Of a stretch of 64,000 nt of DNA, positions 1 to 35,549 are shown in pieces. Source of the stretch: Gekko japonicus (Eukaryota). The DNA lies in assembly GCF_001447785.1 (NCBI RefSeq), contig NW_015170923.1, forward strand, positions 69,583 to 133,582. Direction: 5' to 3'. The number at the start of each line of letters is the position of its first letter. Position 1 is the stretch's first letter. The notes below the pieces were generated by a model. That model was not told the DNA's origin. It did no database searches and saw nothing but the letters and a program-made list of their open reading frames with translations. The position numbers and the translations under genes are program-made.

Positions 1-287
1 GGTGGCGACGGCATCCATCCTCCTCGTCTCCCGCCCCCACCGGGAGATCCGCTGCCGCGCGCGGGTCCAGCTCCCCCCTCCCCGGGGCCCCCCTTCCCAA
101 GGGCCAAAAGAGCGCCACATCCTGTCGGCCCCCCGCCCAGGGCGGGGGGGCCGCGCGGGGGGGGGGGGAGGTGGCGACGGCATCCATCCTCCTCGTCTCC
201 CGCCCCCACCGGGAGATCCGCTGCCGCGCGCGGGTCCAGCTCCCCCCTCCCCGGGGCCCCCCTTCCCAAGGGCCAAAAGAGCGCCAC
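1..287 (+). repeat. 118-bp direct duplication (1-118 = 170-287)
   Basis: Identical sequence GGTGGCGACGG...GAGCGCCAC occurs twice, period 169. Confidence 0.85.
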
Positions 288-430
288 TCCCCGGGTGTCT
301 GTGGGGGGCAGGGGGGAGTGCAACCCCCACCCCCGTTCTCCTCTCTCCTCTTCGCCTGCCGCGCCGGCGTGCCTGCTGGAAGGCGAGTTCCCCCTCCTGA
401 GGCGCCGGCTGCGGCGGCTGCCTCCTTGGC
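1..430. promoter_or_regulatory. CpG-island-like segment (continues at ~850-2340 around a gap)
   Basis: High GC and dense CpG; no gene can be assigned from this window. Confidence 0.4.
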
Positions 431-433
431 CTG

Positions 434-846
434 TGTTCGGATTTGATAGTGAGATATTGAAGAAATGGTATTCGGCAGAGATGAGATAGTCCAGCAGAGC
501 CATGTGGGGTTAAAATATACAGTTTTTACTAAATTCTAGCATGGGGAAGGGTACCTGGGATGAAAATAACAACAGAGCATAATCGGCTACATCCTTACTC
601 TACAAAGACAAAACTAGAAGGGAGAGAGAGGGTATGGCGGCTCTTCTTGTTCTTCTTCAGAACACCAAACAAAGACGGGAAGAAGAGAAGCCATAAAATG
701 CTAATGCACCTGGACACTTCAGTCCCAATCAAATCCCTGGACCAGGGAGAGAATTCCCGGGCCTTCTACCTCTAAAGGACATTGGCCACACGAGAAACAT
801 CCAACCCCAGACCCACAGGAGTGTTCTCAGCTTGCGGTACCCAACA
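434..846 (-). mobile_element. Degenerate solo LTR, same family as 2486-3410
   Basis: Colinear similarity to 2486-3410 (e.g. GGCTACATCCTTACTCTACAAAGACAAAACTAGAAG); TGTT...CCCAACA ends. Confidence 0.65.
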
Positions 847-2485
847 GCCGCCTGGCGCTCCCTCGCCCTGCCGCCAGGAGTCCCCCCTGAGCCCGCCGCG
901 GCCGGCCGGTGGGGTGTGTGGAGGCGCTCGTCCGCGGGGGTCTGTCTTTCTCCCGAGAAGACCCCCGCCAGAGACACACAGCGAGCCCCAGAGCCGCTGA
1001 CCTCTCCCTGCATTTTCTCAGGACCGCCCTGTGGGGGCCCCGTGGCCAGAGCTCCTCCCCCCTCCCCCCCAGCATTCACCCCCTGGAAACAGCCCCNNNN
1101 NNNNNNNNNNNNNNNNNNNNNNNNNNNNNNNNNNNNNNNNNNNNNNNNNNNNNNNNNNNNNNNNNNNNNNNNNNNNNNNNNNNNNNNNNNNNNNNNNNNN
1201 NNNNNNNNNNNNNNNNNNNNNNNNNNNNNNNNNNNNNNNNNNNNNNNNNNNNNNNNNNNNNNNNNNNNNNNNNNNNNNNNNNNNNNNNNNNNNNNNNNNN
1301 NNNNNNNNNNNNNNNNNNNNNNNNNNNNNNNNNNNNNNNNNNNNNNNNNNNNNNNNNNNNNNNNNNNNNNNNNNNNNNNNNNNNNNNNNNNNNNNNNNNN
1401 NNNNNNNNNNNNNNNNNNNNNNNNNNNNNNNNNNNNNNNNNNNNNNNNNNNNNNNNNNNNNNNNNNNNNNNNNNNNNNNNNNNNNNNNNNNNNNNNNNNN
1501 NNNNNNNNNNNNNNNNNNNNNNNNNNNNNNNNNNNNNNNNNNNNNNNNNNNNNNNNNNNNNNNNNNNNNNNNNNNNNNNNNNNNNNNNNNNNNNNNNNNN
1601 NNNNNNNNNNNNNNNNNNNNNNNNNNNNNNNNNNNNNNNNNNNNNNNNNNNNNNNNNNNNNNNNNNNNNNNNNNNNNNNNNNNNNNNNNNNNNNNNNNNN
1701 NNNNNNNNNNNNNNNNNNNNNNNNNNNNNNNNNNNNNNNNNNNNNNNNNNNNNNNNNNNNNNNNNNNNNNNNNNNNNNNNNNNNNNNNNNNNNNNNNNNN
1801 NNNNNNNNNNNNNNNNNNNNNNNNNNNNNNNNNNNNNNNNNNNNNNNCCGTCCCAAAGGCTCCTCCCGTCTCAGGGGGGCCGGGCGGGAGGCCCCCCCCC
1901 TCTCTCTCTGCGCCTGTCCCCCAGTATCGCAGCCCTGGGGACCCTGGCTCCGCTGGGAGCGGTCGGGTGGCCGGGGGGGGGCACAGGGAGCCAGGCGCCC
2001 CAGGAGGGAGGCCGGAGGAGCCTGCGGAGGAGGCCGGCGGGCGGACAGCCTCTAGACCAGAGGGCGAGGGAGGGGTGCGCAGACCCCCCGCTGTCCTCCC
2101 CGCGTGTTCAGAAAGGGTGCCCGCCTGCAGGCGGCGGCGACCGCCTTGTGCCTCCCACCCCAGTGGCCCCCCGCCCACTCCAGCGCCCTCCGGGCCTTCT
2201 GGCACTGGGGGGGGGAGGGAGGGAGGAGGGCCGGACTCCCGGGGGCGCCCAGGGCTGCGCCAGGTGGTGGCTTCTTGGCGTGCTTGAAGGCAGCGCGTGG
2301 CGGAGAGCATGGCATGGGCGAACAGGCAGCCGCCTCGCATTCAGTTCAAAAAGTCCTTGCCTCTTTGAGGAAGGGTCTGGCAGGCAGAGGATTTTGCCTT
2401 AATCCATTGCTTTTATGTCAGCCTACCCACAATGATGCTAAACGTGAGGTGTACCTATCAGAAATGGTTAATGAGACATACAGCC

Positions 2486-3410
2486 TGTTGGGTGATAGTG
2501 AGAGAGTGAGTGAGAAAATGGCATTTAGCAGAGATAAGATAGTCCAGCAGTCCCGGAATAAAATAATTCAGACTCAGAGTCCATGTGTGATTAAAATATA
2601 AAGTTTTTACTAAATTCTAGCATGGGAAGGGTGTTGGGGTTTTGAAAAATAGAACTTGTAATTCAGCAGAGATAAAACAGTTTAGCAATGCCAGAGTAAA
2701 ATAATTCAGACCCAGAGTTCATGTGTGATTAAAATAGAACATTTTTACTACATTCTAGCATAAGGAAAGGGTAACTGGGATGAAAATAACAAAAGAGCAT
2801 AGTCGGCTACATCCTTACTCTACAAAGACAAAACTAGAAGAGAGAGAGAGTATGGCTGCTCTCCTTCTTCTTCAGAACACCAAACAAAGGTGGGAAGAGA
2901 AGCCATAAAGTGCTAAAACACTTTGACACTTTGCTTCCAATGAAACTCCTAGATCAGGAAGAATTTTCCCGGGCTCCTAGCATCTAACAAGCATTGGCTA
3001 AATGAAACACATGTGACTTCCTGTGAGCAACACAAACAAACATTTAATCCCATATATACTGAGTATTTTTAACATGTAATACCCAACAAAGGGTAACTGG
3101 GATGAAAATAACAAAAGAGCATAGTCGGCTACATCCTTACTCTACAAAGACAAAACTAGAAGAGAGAGAGAGTATGGCTGCTCTCCTTCTTCTTCAGAAC
3201 ACCAAACAAAGGTGGGAAGAGAAGCCATAAAATGCTAATACACCTTGACACTTTAGTACCAATCAAATCCCTAGATCAGGGAGAAAAGTCCTGGGCTTTC
3301 TACATCTAAAGAACATTGGTTAGATGAGAAACATGTGACTTCCTGTGAGTAACACAAACAAACATTTAACCCCCGATATACTGAGTGTTTTCAACGTGTA
3401 ATACCCAACA
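2486..3410 (-). mobile_element. Solo LTR with internal tandem duplications
   Basis: TGTTGGGT...ACCCAACA inverted termini; perfect 5-bp TSD CAGCC (2481-2485 / 3411-3415); ~320-bp duplication of 2767-3088 at 3089-3410. Strand inferred from AGTAAA-type signals on minus. Confidence 0.8.
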
Positions 3411-3685
3411 CAGCCTTATTCATTCATTTACTTATTTCATTTATAGTCATCCTTTCTTGTGGAGGCCCAAAACAGATCACACAGTTAAAAAACTGCAACA
3501 AGATCAGTACATAACAATGTGCCCAGGGAAATGCTGATCACCATGTTGGGGTCCAGGAGGTTTTTTGTCTCCTTCTGGGCAAGGAGCAGGGGTCACTGGG
3601 TGTGTGTGTGTGGGGGGGGGAGGCATTTGTGAATTTCCTGCATTTTGTGCAGGGGGTTGGCTGAGATGACCCTGGAGGTCCCTTC

Positions 3686-3891
3686 CAGGGTTCCCTCTAA
3701 GCTGAGTTAGTGTGAGCTAGCTCACAGTTTTTTAGCCTCCGGCTCAGACATGTTTGTCTTAGCTCAGGGAGGAGGGCTCTACAGCAAAATAATGTATGCA
3801 GTAGCTAAATCACCCGCTCACAACTTTAATGCCAGGAGCTCGCAATGCAGAATTTTTGCTCACAGGACTCCACAGCTTAGAGGGAGCATTG
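3686..3891. mobile_element. hAT-type MITE, family A
   Basis: TIRs CAGGGTTCCCTCTAAG / CTTAGAGGGAGCATTG; perfect 8-bp TSD GTCCCTTC; inserted in a CR1-type 3' tail. Confidence 0.85.
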
Positions 3892-4383
3892 GTCCCTTCC
3901 AACTCTGATTCTAATGCAACAGAATGGCATTACAGCATTAGAGAATAACAAGGGAGGGCCAGTGAGACACATGGGGGGAATCCCATATCACCCCCCCCAT
4001 TAATGAGCCGTTGAGGCTCCAGGCCCCACAACTTGCTCTGAGCCTGTCAACCGGCCTCTCTGCTGCTGTCCCCCCCGCCACTGCCCCCCCCCCCCCCGCG
4101 GTTCCCCATGTCCGCAGCTGCCACAGCCGGCTGGAACAGTGACCCAAATTGTATTTTAAATTTAAAAAAAAATATTTAAGATTTTCCTGCAAACTTGGGG
4201 AGTGTCCCTAGTATGCAGAAAAATCTTTTTAGCCCCTGTGTGGCACTGATCCACAGATTTAGCTATCCATAGATGGGGGCCCACAGGTGGCTATTAGAGT
4301 ATGAGATGTACTGAAAGCCTAAAATTTATACTTCGATGAAAGCAACAAAAACTGCCTCAAAATCCTCAGGCACTGACTGTAAC

Positions 4384-4587
4384 CAGTGTTCCCTCTAAGC
4401 TGAGTTAGTGTGAGCTAGCTCAGTTTTTTAGCCCCCGGCTCACACATTTCTGTCTCAGCTCAGGATGGATGGCTCCAGAGCAGACTAGTTCATGCAGCAG
4501 CCAAATCGCTTGCTCACAACTTAAATGCTGGCAGCTCACAAAGTAGAATTTTTGCTCACAAGACTCCACAGCTTAGAGGGGGCACTG
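4384..4587. mobile_element. hAT-type MITE, family A
   Basis: TIRs CAGTGTTCCCTCTAAG / CTTAGAGGGGGCACTG; 8-bp TSD ACTGTAAC. Confidence 0.85.
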
Positions 4588-4804
4588 ACTGTAACCCTCT
4601 TCCACTTATAAATGAGCCCTCCAGAACTATTCTGTTCCCGGTCAGAATCTTACCCAGTTACCTTTTCTCACAACAAACACAGTCAAAACATGCAAAATAT
4701 GAACAACTACAACTTTTCAGTGAAATAACCCTCCCTACACCAAATAGAAAAAAGCAAACTCAAAATGAAGCATGAAAACTGCAAATGTTTTCCAGTCATT
4801 ATTT

Positions 4805-5012
4805 GGGAGGGTCCCTGACGCAGTGGCAGAGCGCCTGTCCTGCAGGCAGAAGTTCCAGGGTTGAGTCCCCCCCCCCCAGCAGCATCTCCAGTGAGCAGAT
4901 GAAGTGAAAGACGTCATCCTGTGACCTTGGAGAGCAGTGGCCAGCCCAAGTAGACAATGTTGGCCTCGATAGATCAGGAGTCTGATTCAGCAGAAGGCAG
5001 TTTTGTGTGTTC
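4805..5012 (+). mobile_element. tRNA-derived SINE, degenerate (related copies ~10800-11024 and ~53200-53430)
   Basis: A-box-like CAGTGGCAGAGC and B-box-like GGTTGAGTCCC; 3' motif GTCTGATTCA...AAGGC...GTGTTC shared with the 10800 copy. Confidence 0.55.
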
Positions 5013-6061
5013 AGTGCAAGTACATTACAACATTTGGCCCTGGGAAATCTGAAATCCATGGAGAATACCCAGGGAAGACAAGCCACCCTGTCAAAGGCCT
5101 CTCTCACCACGACAGTCCCCACCTTGGGGGCGTCCTTCTCTACTTAACATCGCCAGCTACACAGCTCTCTAGTACAGGTGACCATGCTGCCAGGTGGAAA
5201 GCGGGGAGACATCTGGATCCACGGAAGAGCTACCAGGCATGTGGCAGGAGAGATGCACCCCAAGTCCTTAGTCATACGGATGATTATGCAAGGACACGGT
5301 GGGCCACCCCACCCCCGCGTTCCCCCCCCCACGCCACTGTGCCACCCCAGGAATCACCGTCTTCTCTCTCTTTTTGGAGCAGCACCGGAGAGACCCACAA
5401 GATCTCCGGACGATAAGCTTCTGGCAAGGGTCAGAGCTCCCTTGGCCAGAGACCCCAGAGGCAGAGGCTCCGCCAGGGCCCTCCTGCTGCTCCGGGGGGG
5501 GGGATTCTCTGAGCAGGCGGGGCTGCTGTGAACCTGTGTCACCTCCCTCGAGGAGTCAGGGCACACCCTTGTCCTCCTGTGCACATGACGGTGATGACCT
5601 TTCCTGGGCGGGGTGCCCAGAAACTGCCTGGCTGCCGCTGAAGGGCATGGCGGTGAGGCTGGCTCCTGGCCCCCCGGGGAGCAAGAGCGGTGGTTGTCCT
5701 CACAGGCCGGAGAGGCGCTGAGTGGAGGAGAAGCTTTTTCCCTGGAGGCTCTGGAGGGCAGCGCCCACCACCTTGCTCCTGGCGTCCCGCGGAGGGAGGC
5801 TCTCCCGGCAAGGAAGCACAAAGCAGAGTGGAGTTTCTGGTCCGTCCGGTTCCTGAGGTGATTGCACCTGCCGTGGCCCCGCATCCGGGAGCGAGCAGAC
5901 CTGCCTGGCACGACAGAGTCTCTTCCACGGCCAGCAAGACGGGCCGCCAGCCCTTGGGGGGGGGGGGGGAGGAGGAAGCTCCCTGCCACTCACTGTGAGC
6001 TCTGTGTGCGTGGGGGGAGGGGGCTGCAGTGACCCCTCAGCACTGGGCCAGTGAAGAGGCC

Positions 6062-28858
<22,797 letters not shown>

Positions 28859-30340
28859 CCAGAGGGAGACGGCTCCCCCCTGCTCGCCTTGCTGCTCTGC
28901 TCCCGGAGGAGGGCGCTCGTGCTGCCGTCCCCCCCTGCCCTGGGGGAATGAGGGGGCTGCCCCGGCAGAGACCGAGCCGTGTGGCCCAGAAGGGTCCACT
29001 GCGCCGGTGGCCGCTGGCTTTCCATGTTTGGACTGTGCCTCCGGAGAGCGAGCCCAGAGCTCAGCATTCAGGATGGATGCTCCACTGGGGAGAGAGACGC
29101 CCCTCATCCTTCACAGCGAAGACCTGGCCGGCCTCTTTGGGCCAGACTGCACTACTGGCCAAAGGGAAGAGGAGCGCCTCTGCCTTCCAGGCCACCTCCG
29201 TGTGTCACCGCGACAGGGACGGCGGGCCCCGCCTTGGGAGCTGCAAAGCCTCCAGCCACTGGGGCAGTGCGCTGCAGGGGCTCTCCGGCAGCCCCCTCAC
29301 CATTCCGCAGGGACATCCAAGGGACATCGGTGCCCCACCAAGGGAACTGGGGCCGTTTGCATCTGTGACCCCACATGGGCCAAGGACGGGCTTTGGAAGG
29401 TGCTGAGACTGAGCGCCGCTTGCGGAATTCAGCCTCCAAGGAGCCGCTCTGCCTTTGTGCCTCATATCCTCCTCCTCAGGGTGGGCGGCCTCCCTCCATT
29501 GACCTCCTCCTTCTGCATAAGGCTGGTGAGGCCGCCGACTTTAACCTCAGGGCCGGACTCCAGGGGCATCTCTCACCAAAAACGGACAGCAAGTCACGTG
29601 GCTGCCACGGAACTATGTGGAGGAGGAGGAGGCGGCGGCAGAGGCATGAATGCTGGTGGGAAACTCTTTGGCACCAGACGTCCCAGCAGCCGGGGGGGGG
29701 GGAGACTCCTCAGTTTCCCGGAGGATGGGGCTGAATCTGGTCCAGGCCCGTACTTAGTGAACTGTATTAAATTATTTCAATATGACAATACACCATCAAC
29801 AATTAATCATGTGGTTTTAAAAATATTTTTTTCCACTCATAACAGTCTGAATCTCAGTCAAAGAAAGAGAACTCTGTGGGATGAGAGATGCCATTAACTC
29901 CTCCTTCACCGAGACAATTAGAGTAAATATTTCGTTTGTCTATGAAAGGAAATACTTCCTCTCCCTCTCTCTGTTCCTCACTACTTTGGCTGAGTGTGTG
30001 ACTGGCCCATGGCCATGCAGTGTGCTTTGTGGCAACCCAACTACATTGGAGTCCAGTTGGCCTTTAAGACCAACAAAGTTTGATTCAAGGTATAAGCTTT
30101 CATGTGCAGGCACTCTTCTGGAGGGCAAATGAGAGTCCCCGCAGGGTATCTGGGTCTCAGCCTCCAGCCATGGTTCCCTGGGCCGGATGTGGGCCAGCCG
30201 GGGATCCAGTCCTGTTGGTGAGCGAGAGGCGACGACAAAGGCTGCACTACATTCTGCTTCACTGAAAAGTCTCTGACTTAAACCAAAAAGGAAACTTAGC
30301 TCAGAGCATTCAAAACAGTGTGCACAGTACTGTACCATAT

Positions 30341-30346
30341 AATAAA
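30341..30346 (+). terminator. Probable TMPRSS13 polyadenylation signal
   Basis: AATAAA with an upstream TGTA and a downstream T/GT-rich tract, about 1.5 kb after the stop. Confidence 0.5.
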
Positions 30347-32126
30347 GAGATCTCTTGGTTGTCTCGTCTGAGGCCGAACGAGGCGGTCAGAAAAGGCAGC
30401 CCCTAGGCCCAGATTTCACCCTTTTAATACCCTTTCATTGCTGTGCACCTCCAAGGTGGGAGTTGAAGGAGGAGATACATGATGTGACCCCAGGAAGACC
30501 CCACCCACCCAAAGAAGCATGCCCTGGGTTCCCAACACTGGGTTATCTGGTGGGTCCGAGAAGCACGGTCCTTAATCTATGGACGTGTATAGAACAAGGT
30601 GGCACTGTATGTATTAGGGGATGGCAAATGATGTGGAGGCCACAGCTTTCCTGGACACAGAGATGCAGGCAGAGCCAAGCTGCAGTGATTTCTGGGACTG
30701 AACCAAAGTCTAATGCTGCCAGTATAGTGGCTCCAGCCTCCTTAAGAGTTATATGGAACAAAGCAGAAAATCTCATGTCTCCATTTGAACCAAAACTCTG
30801 TCGCAGACAACACGCTCAGTTGCATCTCAGAACCCAGAGTGAGTGCTGGGTCACCCTGGCCTGAAAATACAATCCAGGTCAGCAGAATTACCCCACTTCC
30901 CATATTTTGGGGATCCAGCTTTATCTCTCCCCCCCCATAGAAATGAACAGAGACCAAAAAGAAGAAAAGGTCTGAAGACAGAAATATCCCTGGTCTCCTC
31001 CATTTCTTTTTCTCTGAAGCAGGTTCCAGGATACCAAAACCGACTTGACTTCTACCACTGGGGCCTCGATCATGTTGGTCCACAAGTGCCTGCTCACTCC
31101 CCACCCCCACGACTAAAGGTTTAGATTATGTTTGGGGAAATATGCGGGTACAGGAATCGAAAAAGTACGCAACTACAAGATCAGTGGAACTGTTGTGTTG
31201 AGGGTGTGTGTATGAAGAGTTGTGAAAGCAACAGGGAGTCCAGCCCCTGGCCGAATGAGAATTCTGCACCAGGGGACAGCCGCAAGGAGTGGGAGAGAGA
31301 GGGATGGGCAGAAGGGGAGAGGAGTTTGTGAAGTGATAATAACTAATAATCATTGTATGGCATTATGTGTAGCGTACCCAGGAGATCCTAAGATTGTCTG
31401 GCAGCCCACACTTCTACCCCGTTAGCGTTATGCACTAGTTGGCGAGCTAGACTTGTTTTTTGGGCTGAGAGCGCTCTGGAAGAGCCGTGACTGACCCAGG
31501 CTCACCCTTCGTATGGAGAAGTGTGGAATCAAACCCGCTTCTTCATATTAGAGTCTGTCGCTCTTAACCACCACACCACTCTGGCTCCCCCAGAGCAGGA
31601 TGGGAAGGCGCAGCGGGCCCCCGTCCACGTCTCCTGCTCATCGGAGGAGGACTTCACCTGAAATCAGTCTGCTGAACTGGGTCGTCTGGTTTGATGGTCC
31701 ACAGATTGAGAGGAAGGGCTTTATGCAGAACTTCCGAAGGTCGGGAGGAAAAAATAAGGTCAAAGGCCACAGACATGGCAAGGAGACGTCCCCAAGAAAG
31801 TGAAGCCGAGCTGGCGGCCTCTGCACAAGCGAAGAGGACCAGGCGGCACCGTTTTGGCTGGCAGAGTAGCCGCGGTTACAGGGGCCAGCCCAAAAGAATG
31901 TCAGACTGTGGTCGGGTCCAAGAACTCAGGGTGAGTCCAGGAGGAGAGTCTATGTCACACTCTGGCTCTGACTGAGTTGTGGGGTGGTGTTGGTATGAAC
32001 GAGTGTCCCCCCTGGTGTCATGAAAGAGTTGATCTTTTGTCTGTGTTTACAAACAGTAGTCAAAATTGGCATAGAGCCAACTGGACATTGTGTAGACGTT
32101 CCCGCTAGAGAAGGAGGTAGGATTCT

Positions 32127-32409
32127 AGAAGAAGAGGAGATTGGATTTATACCCCGCCCTTCACTACCCAAAGGTGTCTTAGAGCGGCTTACAAACTCCT
32201 TTCCCTTCCCCTCCCCACAACAGGCACCCTGTGAGGGAGGTGAGGCTGAGAGAGCTCTGACAGAAACGGCTCTTTTTCAAGGACAGCTCTTATCAGAACT
32301 ATGGCTTGGCCAAGGTCATCCAGCAGGTGCAAGTGGAGGAGTGGGAAAATCAAACCCAGTTCTCCCGGATTAGAGTCCGCGCACTGAACCACCACACCAG
32401 ACTGGCTCT
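32127..32409 (-). mobile_element. tRNA-derived SINE (Squam3-like)
   Basis: Colinear with 9466-9750. Confidence 0.8.
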
Positions 32410-34089
32410 AACGAAGGGGATCTGCGTTTCTCTCTTGCTTAAGCAGTTTTATGGTGGTCATTGCATGCTTTTGGCCTCTTAAACAGTTGTGGGGAACTTT
32501 CTGTTCCTTTGTTCTAGAGATCACAGAAGCTAACGAGACAATTTACTCTCTATTATATTTATACCCCCTGTAACCCTCCCTTTTATTTCTTAGTAAAGTT
32601 TTCTTTTTGATCAGACATGCAGGATTATGTGCTGTTTTTATTCTGCTGTGCATTTTTACTGCTCTGTTAATTTTATTCCCAGCGGGGGGGGGGGCTTCCC
32701 CAAAAGGAGATAGCAGGCGAATTTGTCGCCAGGCAGGGTGGTGGGGGCTTTACACGTGTCTGTGGCAGCCTTGTGGAGACATTCAAGCAAAGTTAGGAAA
32801 AGTCATCATGCTCAACTGAGAACCTGCACTTGGGAAGACTTGGATCTGCGAAGGAACCTTCATTGGCCCTCCAATTCGCAAGCCCTCCCCCCCCCCCCCC
32901 GGCCCTGCGGAGGCCAGGGCGGGTCCCCCCGGCCACCAGCCTCCTGCCACTCACTTGACCTGGACCTCACCTCCTCTGAAGCAAAGCCCCACTCGCTCCT
33001 CAAGCGGTCTCTTAACCAGCCAAACCAGCCTGGTGCCTCCCAGGAGCTTGTTGAGCTCTACAAACAGGGCTGATTGAACGTGAGACCCTTCACGATGCTC
33101 TCCAGCAGCCTAGGCAGGGCATTGCCCCACCGGGAAATCCTGGCAAGGGCAGGAGCTCCACTGCCCCCTGAAGTCGATGCCCCTGCCAGCAGCGCTCAAA
33201 GCACGCAGCGTCTGCTGACTGCAGGGAGTGCCAGCGCTGATTTCTGCCGCAAACACACTTTTGTGTCTACCAAACCCTACTGGTAGGACCGCTGTTCCTT
33301 CTGGGAGCCCACAGCTGCAGCTCCTGCCTGGGAAGCGGACTTTCAGGACACCCTCTTCTTCCCCTCTCAGGAGGCAGTACCCAGTGGCCAGCCAGACACA
33401 GCGGGGAGCTTCCAAGCACAGCTCGAGGTTTGCCTTCTGAATCTGCAGACTTCCTCCGAGCAGGGAAGCTCCGTTCAGCCGACAGGATGCAGCCTGTGTT
33501 GAGTCCTAGAGCTGGGCAACGGGGAGACGTCTCTCTGTTCATAAGGAGGGCAGGAGTAGGGACACCTAGACTCTGCCCCAAGAGCGAGCACCGGCCCTCC
33601 ACGTCAGAGGCAGCAGGGAAGGCCTGCAGGGCAAGGACACTGTGCCCCCCCTCCAGCACCTGCCGTCAGTGGTGGGGGTGCCTTTGGTGAGTCACCCCTG
33701 AGGCTCTCCCCTTTGGGGCCAGCATCCAAGGGCTGGAACGAGGGCAAGGCCAGCCCCCTCCTTCCCAACAGGGTATTCGGAGCACGGAGGAGAGGCCAGG
33801 GCGCCTGCGGGAGGTCAGGAGGGCAGGCCAGTGGGTGCTCACTCTGGCGAGAGGGGCACGGGTGGCCTCTGGAATAAAGACCGTTGGGTCACGTCTGCTG
33901 CTCCTACTGTTTCACTGTGTTATTAGAGTGGAAAGCTTTGCTGTCGTGTGGCTAGACAGGTCTTGTGGAGAGGAGTGACGCGTTTGGAGGAAGGAAGTCT
34001 AGGGGGTGCCAGGGGGGGTGCCAGGGCACTCCAGAGCCTGTCTCTCTCTTCATCTCCCTCACATAGGAAATGGGGAGGCCAGGCCAGCA

Positions 34090-34720
34090 CACCCCTGGAT
34101 CGGAACACCCTGCAGCCGACAGCCAAGTCAGCGACCAGGAAGTCAGCTGCAAAGCAGGCCCTGATTCTGGAGGAACATGCTGATTTGGTCGGTGTTACCA
34201 AGTCCGGGTGGATAAGCGAGTGGCAGGAGGATGGCCCCCACTTTGCCTGGCAGGTTTCTCAGTACAGCAGCACGGGGGGGGGGTGTCTTTTCATCCTACC
34301 ACCCCTCTCACCAGCAGTCCCCGAACTCCAAGGGGGTTCGTTCTCGGTGTGGGCACCCCCCCCCAGCCTCAGCGCCGGAACCTCCCTGGCCAAGAGGGCC
34401 CCGGTAGGAATTGCTGCTGGGTGGGCCGCAGCACCCCATGGCCGTCTTGAGAGCCCCGAGGGAGAGGCGGTGGTTGTGAGTCACCTGGCCTGTGGGGGGA
34501 GGAGAGGAACACGCAGCCTCCTTGGCATGGACACACGGTTCCCCGATGGGATTTAGACAAGGGGGGGGGGGCCTCAAAGGCCTTCCGGGATTGGGAAGCC
34601 CACGGGGGACGGTCTGCGCTGGGGTGAATGGAAGACCAAAAGGATTCCTGAACTGGCTGACCAGGGTGGGCCTCTGGGATGGGGTGGGCCTGTCGGGTTG
34701 GATCTTGAATTGCACCCTTG
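34090..34720 (+). mobile_element. Highly degenerate L2/CR1-clade endonuclease fragment
   Basis: Peptide LILEEHADLVGVTKSGW and a later GGG motif resemble an APE N-terminus. Confidence 0.4.
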
Positions 34721-35549
34721 AGCGCCGCCCCCCCCCCCNNNNNNNNNNNNNNNNNNNNNNNNNNNNNNNNNNNNNNNNNNNNNNNNNNNNNNNNNNNNNN
34801 NNNNNNNNNNNNNNNNNNNNNNNNNNNNNNNNNNNNNNNNNNNNNNNNNNNNNNNNNNNNNNNNNNNNNNNNNNNNNNNNNNNNNNNNNNNNNNNNNNNN
34901 NNNNNNNNNNNNNNNNNNNNNNNNNNNNNNNNNNNNNNNNNNNNNNNNNNNNNNNNNNNNNNNNNNNNNNNNNNNNNNNNNNNNNNNNNNNNNNNNNNNN
35001 NNNNNNNNNNNNNNNNNNNNNNNNNNNNNNNNNNNNNNNNNNNNNNNNNNNNNNNNNNNNNNNNNNNNNNNNNNNNNNNNNNNNNNNNNNNNNNNNNNNN
35101 NNNNNNNNNNNNNNNNNNNNNNNNNNNNNNNNNNNNNNNNNNNNNNNNNNNNNNNNNNNNNNNNNNNNNNNNNNNNNNNNNNNNNNNNNNNNNNNNNNNN
35201 NNNNNNNNNNNNNNNNNNNNNNNNNNNNNNNNNNNNNNNNNNNNNNNNNNNNNNNNNNNNNNNNNNNNNNNNNNNNNNNNNNNNNNNNNNNNNNNNNNNN
35301 NNNNNNNNNNNNNNNNNNNNNNNNNNNNNNNNNNNNNNNNNNNNNNNNNNNNNNNNNNNNNNNNNNNNNNNNNNNNNNNNNNNNNNNNNNNNNNNNNNNN
35401 NNNNNNNNNNNNNNNNNNNNNNNNNNNNNNNNNNNNNNNNNNNNNNNNNNNNNNNNNNNNNNNNNNNNNNNNNNNNNNNNNNNNNNNNNNNNNNNNNNNN
35501 NNNNNNNNNNNNNNNNNNNNNNNNNNNNNNNNNNNNNNNNNNNNNNNNN

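Noticed and set aside
1-2340. IL10RA first exon, expected from human synteny
   Set aside because: No recognisable signal-peptide exon in the visible sequence; part of the region is a gap.
729-2402. Long ORFs of 375-497 aa (likewise 34369-36852, 827 aa)
   Set aside because: They are open only because they cross N runs; the flanking residues are low-complexity GC-rich translations.
30048-30120. Short dispersed motif AAGACCAACAAAGTTT..TTCAAGG (also near 26975, 38215 and 46248)
   Set aside because: Clearly fragments of a repeat, but too short to classify; not a CRISPR-like array.
31262-31283. REST/RE1-like site TTCTGCACC-AGG-GGACAGC
   Set aside because: Non-canonical spacer and a mismatch, in probably repeat-derived DNA.
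31128-32781. Possible LTR-like element containing two SINEs
   Set aside because: The composition and an AGTAAA signal are suggestive, but no convincing inverted termini or TSD were found.
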